64,000 nucleotides of DNA from Tilletiaria anomala UBC 951 (taxonomy: Eukaryota), in assembly GCF_000711695.1 (NCBI RefSeq), contig NW_013547020.1, positions 310,001-374,000 on the forward strand, written 5' to 3'. Positions 1 through 10,820 of this stretch are shown piece after piece. Within the stretch, counting starts at the first letter, position 1; each line of letters opens with the position of its first letter. A model generated the notes under the pieces. The model had not been told where the DNA came from. It searched no databases and saw only the letters and a list, made by a program, of their open reading frames with translations. The position numbers were made by a program, and so were the translations under genes.

Positions 1-1181
1 CCCTGCATGCCGATTTCGGTTCGAACCAATATACACTCAAAGCTCTTGTGCAGCGAGCAGGCGCTTTGACGCCGAACTTAACAACTGAACGCGAGGTTAC
101 CTTCATTCACGCGCCAGACGAAGATGAAATGGAAGGTTCAGATGCCATCGTCGTCCAGCGCACTTGGGAGGACGCGCTTTCGTATGTCGTGGTCATCAGC
201 GGCAAGAGCTTTCCGCTTGGAAGCAAAATTCCCATGTGGCTGAAGTTCGTTCCCCTGACCAAGGTCAAGATTCACCGGATCGTGGCAACGATGGAGGAGA
301 AGACAGACTACTACGCGAAAAACAAGCGCGTCGCGCGACACGAGGTGCCAAGGCGATGGAATTTGCTCAAGCTTGCCAACTCCAATCACGAACCGCTGTT
401 GCCTTTGCTTGACGATTCTCCGGACGCGCTGGCCACTTCCGTGCTTGGTCCCTTTGTCGCAGCCGCCGCCGAAGATTCATCGGATGCACTGCCGACCATG
501 TTGGACCCAAATGGTCCATGGGAACTGGTTGCAGACCTGGAACTCTCGAAGAAGCTGCACAGAATCAACTTATCATCGAACCACAAGCGCTCGAACATCG
601 CTGTGCACCATATGCTACGCCTCACAATCCGTGTCGAGCGCGAGGAGGACAATCGCGATGTCCCTGCCGACGGAAAACGTAGGCTGTTCGATATTGTCAT
701 TGAGGCGCCTATCGCACTCAATCACTCGTACACAAACGAAGATTGGATCAAGTTGCCTAACTATGACCTTGCAAGAGATGACGTCTCACCGGGGAGCGCG
801 AATCCGCCTCCCCCACCACCACCCATCGACCAGCAGGACCGGTCCCCACCGCCGGCCGTTCTCCGAGCGTTCAGTCCGACAGTCGCCAGAAAGCTCTCCG
901 AACAGCGCCACCAGCCTGCGCCACGCATGGAGGCCGCCGCGAGTCTGGGCACGACGGCGAGCAGCAGCAGTCGGCAATTGACGCGGCGCTGGCTCGCACT
1001 CAGTGAAACGGCCGGCCGCTTCGGCGCGCGGCTCGAGTTGCCGGGCGAGAGGCGCGTAGAGAGCGCAGACGACCCTCTGCCTCCACTCGAGCCGCCGCCA
1101 CCATCGTACCAAACCGCGGTGTTCTCGCGGCCGGTCTTGATGCATGCCGGCAGCGAGGACGCCGTTGCGCAGGTTGACTAG
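1..1181 (+). CDS. Alpha-arrestin (ART/Rod1-like ubiquitin-ligase adaptor), 5'-truncated by the window edge
   Basis: Frame open from base 3 to TAG at 1179-1181. Arrestin_C-like segment (WEDALSYVVVISGKSFPLG...IAVHHMLRLTIRVER...DIVIEAPI) followed by PY motifs LPNY and PPPSY. Confidence 0.8.
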   Translation, partial: LHADFGSNQYTLKALVQRAGALTPNLTTEREVTFIHAPDEDEMEGSDAIVVQRTWEDALSYVVVISGKSFPLGSKIPMWLKFVPLTKVKIHRIVATMEEKTDYYAKNKRVARHEVPRRWNLLKLANSNHEPLLPLLDDSPDALATSVLGPFVAAAAEDSSDALPTMLDPNGPWELVADLELSKKLHRINLSSNHKRSNIAVHHMLRLTIRVEREEDNRDVPADGKRRLFDIVIEAPIALNHSYTNEDWIKLPNYDLARDDVSPGSANPPPPPPPIDQQDRSPPPAVLRAFSPTVARKLSEQRHQPAPRMEAAASLGTTASSSSRQLTRRWLALSETAGRFGARLELPGERRVESADDPLPPLEPPPPSYQTAVFSRPVLMHAGSEDAVAQVD

Positions 1182-1781
1182 CCTATCGATATTTTAATAC
1201 CTACCCACAGGTCATTTGTATAGTAGAGAGCATTATCGCAGTCAAACGGGGCTTATTTTGTGGACGGTCGTATCATAATACAAAAAGACGATTCGTATTC
1301 ATTACATTTTGCGCGTTGTGCGGTGCTTTACATTGCGCGCTCCTTATCACCATCCGTGCTTGCGTTGGTGCAAATATGCATGCAGATGCAAGCCGTCTTG
1401 TTTTGCCTGCTGCCTTCCCCGTCACTCGCGCCGCGGCGGCCCCGTCTCCCATTCCAAATCATCATCATCGCTGTCGTCTTCATCCACGTAAACATCGTGG
1501 CGTCCATGTGGTTTGGTCTCGTCCGGTGCGTTGCTGTACGACACAGCACCGTGCAAACCTGGGACAGGATGACTAGGTGCACGGCGTGCGTTGTCATCGC
1601 CGCCGACGATGAACTGCTGCGCCTCGTGCGCCTCGTCCGCTTCTGAACCGGAATCCGTACGGCCGTGCCATCTCCTGCTATTGCCACTGTTTCCGCCACC
1701 CTTGCCGGGCTGATGAGCGTGATCGATTGGCGATGACAAGCTACCGATGCTGGCGAGGGAAATAAGAGAGGGGCCAAGGCC

Positions 1782-4558
1782 CTATTGCTCGTCACGCGAG
1801 AGGCTCTCGTACAGCCTCCTGTCCGGCGCTTGCGCGTTGCTGCCGAACAGCCTGCCGAGCCGGCTAGGAAGGCGGCTGGGGCGTGCTCGCTCCGCTGCAG
1901 CAACTTTGCTAGCTGCGGCGCGCGCCGCGCGCTCCTCCTCGCTCTGGAAGCGAGGATGGGAGGAAATGGAGCGGCGGATCGGGCGCGCTTGCAGCTCCTC
2001 CTCGGTCAGGCCCTCCTCCTCCTCCTCCTCGTCGCCTTGCGGAACTGGTCCTTCCTCCTCACCGAAGATGGTGCCCATCTCTACAAGCGCAGCGGGGTCC
2101 CGCGGGGAGGGGTATGCATCAGCATCAGCGGTCCTGCAGGAGCTTCGCGACAAAGCAAGCAACTACTGACCTTCTAGCGGAACTCCAGCTGATTCGGGGT
2201 AAAAGAAGTACTTGAGCAGTGGGGCAGACCTCGCCGTGTCAGCCCTCGCGCAGTAATTGAAGCGCGTGCAATCCAAGACAAAGCGCACACTCACGACAAC
2301 GACGAACGAGCAGACGCAGAAGAACGCGTGCATCGGGTACAGACGCCATGTGATGACCTCTTGCAGCACCGGCGTCGCCTCTCCGACGATCCAATTGAAG
2401 AGCTGGGCTCGCGCGGGATGATGAGCCTTGCAGTCCCCGCCGAGAAAAAGGAAAGGGAGCACTCACCCAGTTCGTCGCCGTGCTCAGACTGGCTCCTTTG
2501 GCTCGGAAAGCGAGCGGCATGATCTCAGGTGGGAGGACTGTGCATGTGGGAAAGAAGCAAGCAGGATGGTCAGCCAGGCACAGCGGCCGCGCGATGACGT
2601 GCGCAGGAGCCGGTGAGCTCACGCCATGGGATGGGGCCCTTTGCGCGTGGAGGAAGAGGAGGGTGAGTCAGCGCAAGCGAATGGGTGCGCGCATACAGCC
2701 GGAATGTACGCGTGCCGCTCTGCACGCACCCAAGAGTATCCAAACGCCGCGTTGAACACAATGACGCAGCCGACGACGGCGCGGGGCGTGTACCACGCGT
2801 CGATGTACAGGAACCAGCCGCAGAGGCCGAGCGCGACGGCCATGACGACCGCGCCAGAGAGGAGAATGGGCCGGCGCCCCCAGCGGTCCACCAGGTACCA
2901 TGGCGGGACGGTACTGGCGATGTAGATCAGTGCGTTGATGCCGGCCATGAGGATTGCGTCGCGGCCGATCCACCCGGCGGCTTCGAAGACTGGTTGTGGG
3001 AGAAGAGAGAGAGAGAGAGAGAGAAGGAAGGGGGGGTGAGTGTCAGCCTGGATCAGCCGTGCGTGCCAAGCGGAGTGACAGTGCGCAGGGAGGGGGCCAC
3101 TGACCGAGCGGAGCATAGTAGCTGATGACGTTGATGCCGTTAAGCTGCGCGAACATCTGTCCACTCATGGCAATGAGCGTGCGGTACCTGTACCTGCGCC
3201 ACATGGACCAGTAGCTGCGGTCACCCTGTGTGCGTATGAAGACGACGTTCTCCTTGATCTCGCGGAACTCGAGGCGCGCGCGGGGCTCGCTGGGGTCGCC
3301 GCCGCCGTGTAGGTCAGCGAGGACGCGCATACCCTCTTCATCGCGGTCGTTGTCGAGTAGCCAGCGCGGCGACTCGGGCAGCAGGAGTGAGCCGGCGGCG
3401 AGGACGATACCGAGGACCGACTGGATACTCAGCGGGAGGCGCCACGAGAGGTGGCCCGGGAGGAAGCTGCAAGCGTAGTCGAACCAGACACTCGAGGCAT
3501 AGCCTACAATGTTACCAGTGAACTCGATGCACGCGAGCTTGCCCCTGTTCTCCGCCGGCGAGATCTCCGACTGATACGTCGGGACGATCATCGAGAGGAT
3601 GCCGACGCCAAAGCCGGCGATGATGCGCCCGATAACCATCATGAGGAAGCCAGTGGTGAACGTTTGCACGACGCCGCCAATGCTGAAGATGACGGCACCC
3701 CAGAAGAGAGTGTTCTTGCGTCCAAAGATGTCCGCGAGCGTGCCGCACGCGAGCGATGTGATGAAGGCCCCGACCTCGAGAATGGCGACCATCGTCCCGA
3801 TCTCATAAGACGTCGGCTGGTGGAAGTACTGCTTAAAGTACGGACCTGTGATGATCGCGCTCATGACGCCCTGGTCGTAGCCGAACAGCAGCTGCGAGGG
3901 CAGGGGGGATGGGGAGGGGGGAGGGGAGCGTTGAGTACGGTGCGTTGCGAGCCGTCTCCGTCGGCTGAATGGCAGCACTCACGACTCCGATTGAAGCAAA
4001 GCACGTAATGAAGAGCATCAGGTTGTCGCTCTTGATCCCTGCACGCGCCAGGGGGCTCGTCGCTCCGCGCATCTCGATCTGCGGTGCACGGATGCTGCGT
4101 CCAGACATGGAGCTCCTGCGGGAACGCGTCCCTGCACCGGCACCGCCGCTGCTGTGCACCAGGCCGTCTGAGGCAGTGGAGACGCGCCTCGAGTGCGGCG
4201 CTTCCGAGTTGGACATGGCGCTCGCGGGGAGGCGGCTGAACAAGCACCTGCGCTCGACGGCGGGGAGGTGCCCGTGCGCCTCCGGGTCTGCAGGGTCGCC
4301 GCCGCCGCCCGCCGCCAGAAGGATGCACTCGGCGGCGGGCGGGGGGACGTAGTCGCGCGCGGACGGCGCGCGGGCGAGTCGGACGGCTGCCTTGCGCGAC
4401 GGGCGGCCTGGGACGTGTGGATCGGCGTTGGACGCGGGGACGTCGATGCTGCCGTAGGTCGACGAGGAGCGCGCGTTGGCGCTGCTCAGACGGTGCGCGT
4501 GCAGATGCTGCCCGGCAGCGCTATCTGTGGGGTGGGGCGACGAGGCGGGGTCGGCCAT
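1782..4558 (-). CDS. MFS sugar porter (sugar/polyol:H+ symporter family), 8 exons
   Basis: Motifs LFGYDQG, D.FGRK, PESPRWL, AQLNGINVISYY, DRWGRR, WGPIPW, PES.GVPLE. Introns 3892-3982, 2990-3104, 2639-2729, 2538-2622, 2403-2466, 2211-2294, 2081-2170 join in frame, including a 16-nt exon at 2623-2638. Start is ATG 4558 or 4216. Confidence 0.9.
3003..3024. repeat. (AG)n microsatellite inside a sugar-porter intron
   Basis: Run of about ten AG units (CT tract on the coding strand) just before the 3' splice site. Confidence 0.8.
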
Positions 4559-5103
4559 GGCAAGCACGCCAGGGGGGGATGTGATATGCTGCGTGCAGAG
4601 TCGCAGTGGTGCCAGCGGCAGTCGAGCGAAATTTGTTTGGATCAGCTCAATTGCAGAGCCCCCTTGTGCTCGAGTGCTTGGCCGACGTGGGGTGTGATGA
4701 GGCAGCAGCTGGGAGCCATTTGTTGCAAGAGAGGATATGGGTGTTCTGTCCCTTGCCTGTGGTGCTCCTCCGTGCTGTACACAGATGGTGTGTGTGATAT
4801 GACGGCTGACACTTGGCTCGCACGGTCGTTGTGTGTACTGTTGTTATTGGTTGGTTGATGCCGATCGTTGCTCTATCACAAGCACAACATCGGGCGAATC
4901 AGAACTAACACTTTGCCTGCCTGCCTTGCCTGCTTGGTGTGGTGCGAGACGCAGGTCATGTCCGCTCGCATCAGAATAGAAACGAGAAGAGCGAGGGAGC
5001 GAGCGTGCTTGTTTGTTGGTTGCCCTGGTTGGTTGGTTGGCCTTGCTCGCTCGAGCCATGCATGACCACCAGCTCTCGGCCAAGCGTCCGTGATACGCGC
5101 TCT

Positions 5104-5120
5104 GTGTGTGTGTGTGTGTG
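5104..5120. repeat. (TG)n microsatellite
   Basis: tgtgtgtgtgtgtgtg between the two transporters. Confidence 0.75.
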
Positions 5121-5792
5121 CGTTCCTTCTGTCCGCCAGCACCACACCACACCAAACGGCACAGCACGGCACAGCTCCAGTCATCACCGTCTGGACTGCT
5201 CCCCCTCCTCCCGTGCCTCTCTTCCTCTTCCGCCATCTCGGCGCTGCACATGCGATGCCATGCCGTTCCGTGCTGTACACCCGTCGGATTTCCGCCCCGT
5301 TCAGCACCATGCAGCGATGCTCGTCGTCACGGGCGCACAAGCTCGTCCCCAGCGGCACTCTCTGACGGGTTGTTGTGCGGGCAAGTGCCACTCCAGCTCC
5401 CGGCCGAAAACCTGTCTGCGATCGGCGGGGCCGTGGGTTAGCGGCGCGGGGAAGAGAACCGGTCAGAAACACGGGCTAGTATCTATCGATCCTATACGCA
5501 ACAGCGCGCACGCCAGGACTCCTCCTGACCTCGGCCCGTCGCGGATCCTGCGAGGACCGAGCGGGGAGATGGAGACGGATATGGATAGATAGTGCAATGG
5601 CCTCCCACACGCGCAAAGTCAAAAGCGAGCATCCAGTGTACAGCAATGAATACACATTTGATTGGTGCGGTTTGTGCAGCTGTGCGCCGAAAAATACACA
5701 AGTTTCATCTGCATGGTGACTTTGTGTTTGTGTATGTACGTATCCTGTCCCGACAGCCTGACCATGGTTCTCACCCCTGTGTGTGTGCGTGC

Positions 5793-7668
5793 TTACGCCT
5801 CGAGCCGGCGAACGGCCTTCTCGCCGCGCTTGAACATGTTGCGGTTCGTGTTGCCCTTGGTGGGGACCCAGCTGGCGGAGCGCCATGGCGAGACGCCGCT
5901 CTCGAACAGGTCGTCGACCTGCTCGAGCGTCAGACCGCGGACCTCGGGAAGGCAGAAGTAGACAAAGATGCCCGAGACGAAGAGAATGCTGCCAAAGATG
6001 AGCATGATGAACGACTGGTACTGCGCCGCGATCTTGTTGCTGAAGTACGACAGCATAAAGTTCCAGAACCAATTCGACGCCGAGCCAAGTGAGATGCAGC
6101 GTGCGCGCAGCGGCGACGGGTACATCTCTGACAGCGTGATCCACGGAACCGGTCCCCAGAACATAGAGAAGAGCGCGAGGTGGAAGACGGCAAACGCAAT
6201 GAACGCGTTGCCTGCGTTCTTCTGTGCCGACGTCAGCGTGTCCGGCGGCGGCGGCGAGCCGTCCGGTAGGCTCGGCGCCAGCGCATAGTGCCCGACGAAC
6301 GCGACGATGAACGCGCAGGCAAACTCGCCAAATGAGCCGATCAGCAGCGACGAGCGCCGTCCGATACGCTCGACCAGGTACAGCGCAGGGATCGTGCACA
6401 CGAAGGAGACCGCGCCGAACATGAACTGGATCTGGTACGCGTTCAGGCTGACGGCCGCCTTGGAGAAGAAGACGGGGCCATAGTAGTAATAGAAGTTCTG
6501 TCCGTTGAGCTGCTGCAGCGTTTGCAGCATCATGCCGAGGCCTGTGCGGTACCACATCTTCTGCTTGGTTGAGAAGCACTTGACCCACGCCGTGAGCCAG
6601 TTGGTCCCCGCAAACGCCGCCTTCTCCAGTTCGATGCCCTCAGCCATGTCGTCAAAGTCGCGCTCGAGCGCAGGGTCGCCCCGTAGTTCTCCGGTCGGAA
6701 GTGTCTGCAGGTCCGTCCCGCGCACTTCGGCCATCACCTGCCGTGCATCCCCGTGCCTGTTGCGCGCGATCAGCCACCGCGGCGACTCGGGTAGGAGCAG
6801 CATCACGCCGAACAGGATGATCGCCCACAGCAGCTGGAACCCCACGGGGATGCGCCACGACAGACTGCTGTCATGCGCACGCGTCGACGTGGCCCATGTG
6901 ATGCCGTACGAGATGACGATGCCGAAGATGATGTTCAGTTGGTACCCCGCAACGATCGAGCCGCGGATGTACGCCGGCGCCGTTTCGCCCAGGTAGAGCG
7001 GGCAGAGGCCAGACAGCGCGCCGACGCCGAGACCGGCGACGAAGCGGCCGACGACAATCTGAGCGATAGAGTTAAACGTGGTGACTTGCAGGATGGCGCC
7101 AATGAAGAAGATGATCGCCCACAACATCAGTGCCGGCTTGCGTCCCAGGCGGTCCGAAATCGGGCCTTGCGCCAGAGCACCAAAGAAGGTACCAGCAGAG
7201 AGCAGTGATGTGATCAGACTAGCGTTCTGGGACGACAGCTCCGTCGCACCCGCAGGCTCAAAGCGCCGGAAAAAGTCGGGCATGCTGCGAGGAGAGTGAA
7301 GGATCGCTCCATCAGCGACGCTGTCGCGTCCCCTCCCCACTGGCACTGGGTGGTGATGACTCACATAAGGCATCCTGAAATGACACCAATGTCGTATCCG
7401 AAGAGGAAACCTCCGATTGTGACACCCGCTGCGACGGTCAGCGCCTTGGTAGTCACTTTCGAGTCCTCGACCACGACCTAGAGTTGGGTGCGAGGCGCCC
7501 AAGACGATCGTCAATTGGATTGATCGTGCACATACCTTTGGTCAAAAGGGAGATGCTCACTTTCTGGCCGCTGGCGGTCACCGCCACCTTCTCCTCCGAG
7601 TGCTCGTCGTCATTCACGTCAGTGTACCTTGACACTTGATTATCTGCGTCCATTTTCTCGGTTGCCAT
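5793..7668 (-). CDS. MFS hexose/monosaccharide transporter (HXT-like), 3 exons
   Basis: GGFLFGYDIG, DRLGRK, PESPRWL, QQLNGQNFYYYYG, ERIGRR, PEVRGLTLEQVD. Introns 7478-7560 and 7285-7364 give a continuous frame from ATG 7668. Confidence 0.92.
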
Positions 7669-10086
7669 CGTGTCGAGTCTAGGGGCGGGGTAACGCGGCG
7701 AGCTACAGGATTGGGGTGGCCAATAGGCAGGGCTCGGGCGTGCTCACAGTTGCGCGAGAGGACCTTGCTTTGCTGATCCAGCACGACCAAAGGGTCGACG
7801 AAGAGGAGTTGTAGTGTGTACCACTGCGGCGCCCCCGTGACGAGGGTGTTGATGAACGGGACGGAGGATGCTCACCTTTTTAATGCCCTCGGAGCAACCC
7901 CCTAGGTCGAGGATGGAGCATGTGACAACGAGATCACCGGTCTCCGCTGATTGCTTGCCGTCACTACTGCCTGCCGAGTGCCCATTTATTTATTTTCTTT
8001 CTCGACAGTGCGTCAGTGGGCATCACTCTCTATACATGCAGGACAAAAGCAAGACCTGGCTTGTCGCATGGCTCCAGTCTCAACCCAATCGTGGTCTGCA
8101 CGCACATGTGTATATGTAAGTACAAAAAAAAATGGTTTGTCTGTTTGTATGTAGGCATGTTTGTACGTATGCATTTATGCACGGTGTTCTTGGACAGGGC
8201 CCGCCGCTCCCTTTTCTGGTTCTCCTTTTGTCGACTCTTTGGCCTTCATTGCCACGGCGTGCTCCAAGCGCCAGGACTCATCGGTCACTGTTCTGCCATG
8301 CTGCTTTGTTCCCCAGGCGAACGCCCAGTCACCTGATCTGCAAAGCACAACGCCGGGTTCTTCTACCACTTACACCTCAGCGGGTACTACATAGCGGGCT
8401 TTCCCTGGCCGGCCCGCCGCGTGCGAGGATCTGCTTCTAGGTTCCAAAATGCAGACACATGTTCCCGAAGCAAGCTAAATTACAATAGATCGTAGTCTTG
8501 CCAGGCAGAGCCTTTTTGCTTTTAGCGCAATGCGGAGTGCCGCATTGCATTTGACCTTTCGTTTTGAAGCACAACAGCCGGCAGCAAGAACATTGCCGGA
8601 GAACATGGACGGAAATCTCATTACCCGATCCTTGGGAGACCCTTCCACCGTGCCTGGGCTCTGGGGTTAGCAGGAGGCGCTGCGTGGATGTACATGAGCA
8701 GGTTGTTGCATCACATCACCGCAGGTCACAGGGGTCTACTGACCACTTTGCTTCCTGAATATAGTCCTGTAGACATCACCACCTCAGTCCGTGTCAGAGG
8801 CAGCCAGACAGTGGCCAGTGACCAAGTACCTTCATGGTGACCGATGGTAAACTCTTTGACAATTATCATGTACATAATCCGCGGAAGAGCCTGATATTGC
8901 CAGAGTACCAGAGGTCACCACATGGGATAGGAGATGAGGCGTTGAGTCATATGAAGGCATTGCAATGTAGTTGAGCACGCTTTTGTCCTGTGTGCTGTCT
9001 CTGTCAGCCATCCAATGACCAATCCATGATCCAAATCCAAGAAATCTGGCAAAACGCCATGACGCGCAATCTGTAAAGGCGGTTACGTGGATATGGATCA
9101 CTCTCATGGGCTCATAGGCGCGTGTCTCATGCATAGCACCCTCAGCCATCGTCTCCGTATTGTCCGCTGTAAATGTATGTACATAGAATACATATAAGCA
9201 TGTCAGAGGGTCGATTCTGATGCAGTTGCTTGAGGGGGTGAATGCGTAAGCTGTGGAGAGTTAAAATGAATGGAAGCACTATAGACTTTGAAGACTGCAG
9301 ACACTTGTCACCCTGCAGACCTGCTGGGGGTGTAAGATTGCCGGCCGGCCTTCCCCCCAGTTGCTTCTCTCGGCAGCCTGTTCTCACTTCTCATTGTTAT
9401 CGTTCCATGACTTTCCAATGGCACTCTTGTTTTCCCGGTATGTACGTAGACATATGTATACTCGTGCATATCCTTGACTCCAACGCAATTGTGGGGTATG
9501 AATTATGGGGTATGGGGCCGATGGGCCTTATGGACAATATGTGTCCTGGATATGTATTGGATGGCAGGGTCGTGGCAGGTTGTGGCTCTTCGCTTTCCAA
9601 CTTTGGATTGGCGCTTCTCTTGTTGCAGCGACGACCAAGGATTTCCGCTACGGACAAAAGGGGAGTGAGGTGCGTCAGGCGGACTCAGCCAAAGGGTGAA
9701 AGGTGCACGTTTGACAGTGGCTTATCATGAATATGGATGGCACGGCCCAGAACACGCATTTCGGCTTTTGGCGCGAGGATTCACTGTTCCGTTGCCAGGG
9801 CTCATACCAGTCAGTCACTTCACCAGTCAAGTGAATTTGTCACGAACTCACACTTCAACCAAGCCCGCATGCTGCAAAGGACTGTATTCTTCCCCACATC
9901 CACACTTGAGAGTAGCAATGACTCTGAGATGACGAGCGACACAGCGCGCTCGATGGTAGCTGATTCATGGTAGGCGGTCAGTGATCGAGCGCAATCGCAG
10001 ACTCGCGGCTCAGTCATGTGAAATGCAAATGAAACTCCACTCTTCCAACAGGTAGAAGCTGAAGTAGAGCATTGCACAGTCGAATT

Positions 10087-10820
10087 TCAACGATATACAG
10101 TCATGAAGGAGAGAAAAAAGGTCATGAGCGCAAATCCGACCGCGCATAAAGCTTTCATGCTGGGCGAGTCCGCGCTTCGGATGGCAGACGTCGCCGCATT
10201 TGATAGGGCGGATGCTGACCCGGAAGACCGCGCGCTACCACTGCTGCTCCCGGGCGCAGGGGTCACACCGCTGCTTGTTGGACATGTTGTACCTGGAACA
10301 GTGGAGCTCTGCGGAACGCTCGTGTCGGTGATGTTCGAGCCCGGTGTGCCTTGTAATGCTGCACTGTCCAGGCACGACGAGTCGGACGAGTTGGCGATGG
10401 TGAGGACTGAGCCTGCGGCTGACAACGGCCTCGAGTCTGTGACCTTTGGTGCGTGGCGAGGAAATCGGCCCTTCGGCATCAGTATACCAATTCATTCGGA
10501 TACATTGATTAGATATCACTTACCCGCACCACTAGTTTGGTTCCTGCCGGCTGTTTGATCGGGGCCCAGGTCAAGCTGAACGTGTTGTTCGGTTGTTTGT
10601 CGAAGCGAAATAGGAGCGTGTTCCCGTGCGGATCGATCAGGTCGACCGTGCTCTGTCCGACCGAGCCAGACCAGCGCAGCTGCGTCAGGCCGCATTGCGC
10701 GGGCTCCGTCGACGGTTCCAACACCATCAGCGCCGGCTGCTCTTGCGCGGCCATGGCGAGGACTGCGCAGCGGCTGGGATCAAGGCGCGGGAGAAGCTGC
10801 AGGAGGAACAGAGGTAGCAT
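10087..10820 (-). CDS. Small secreted Ser/Thr-rich, probably GPI-anchored cell-surface protein
   Basis: Hydrophobic N-terminus (MLPLFLLQLL), QCG...W domain ending SSDSSCL, S/T-rich linker and hydrophobic C-terminal tail. Intron 10444-10523 (GTAAGT...TACTGAT...AAG) joins VVR|VTDS. Confidence 0.7.

Noticed and set aside
7700..10080. Short ORFs in the 2.4-kb region upstream of the HXT-like gene
   Set aside because: No recognisable domains or consistent exon structure; long promoters are typical of hexose transporter genes.
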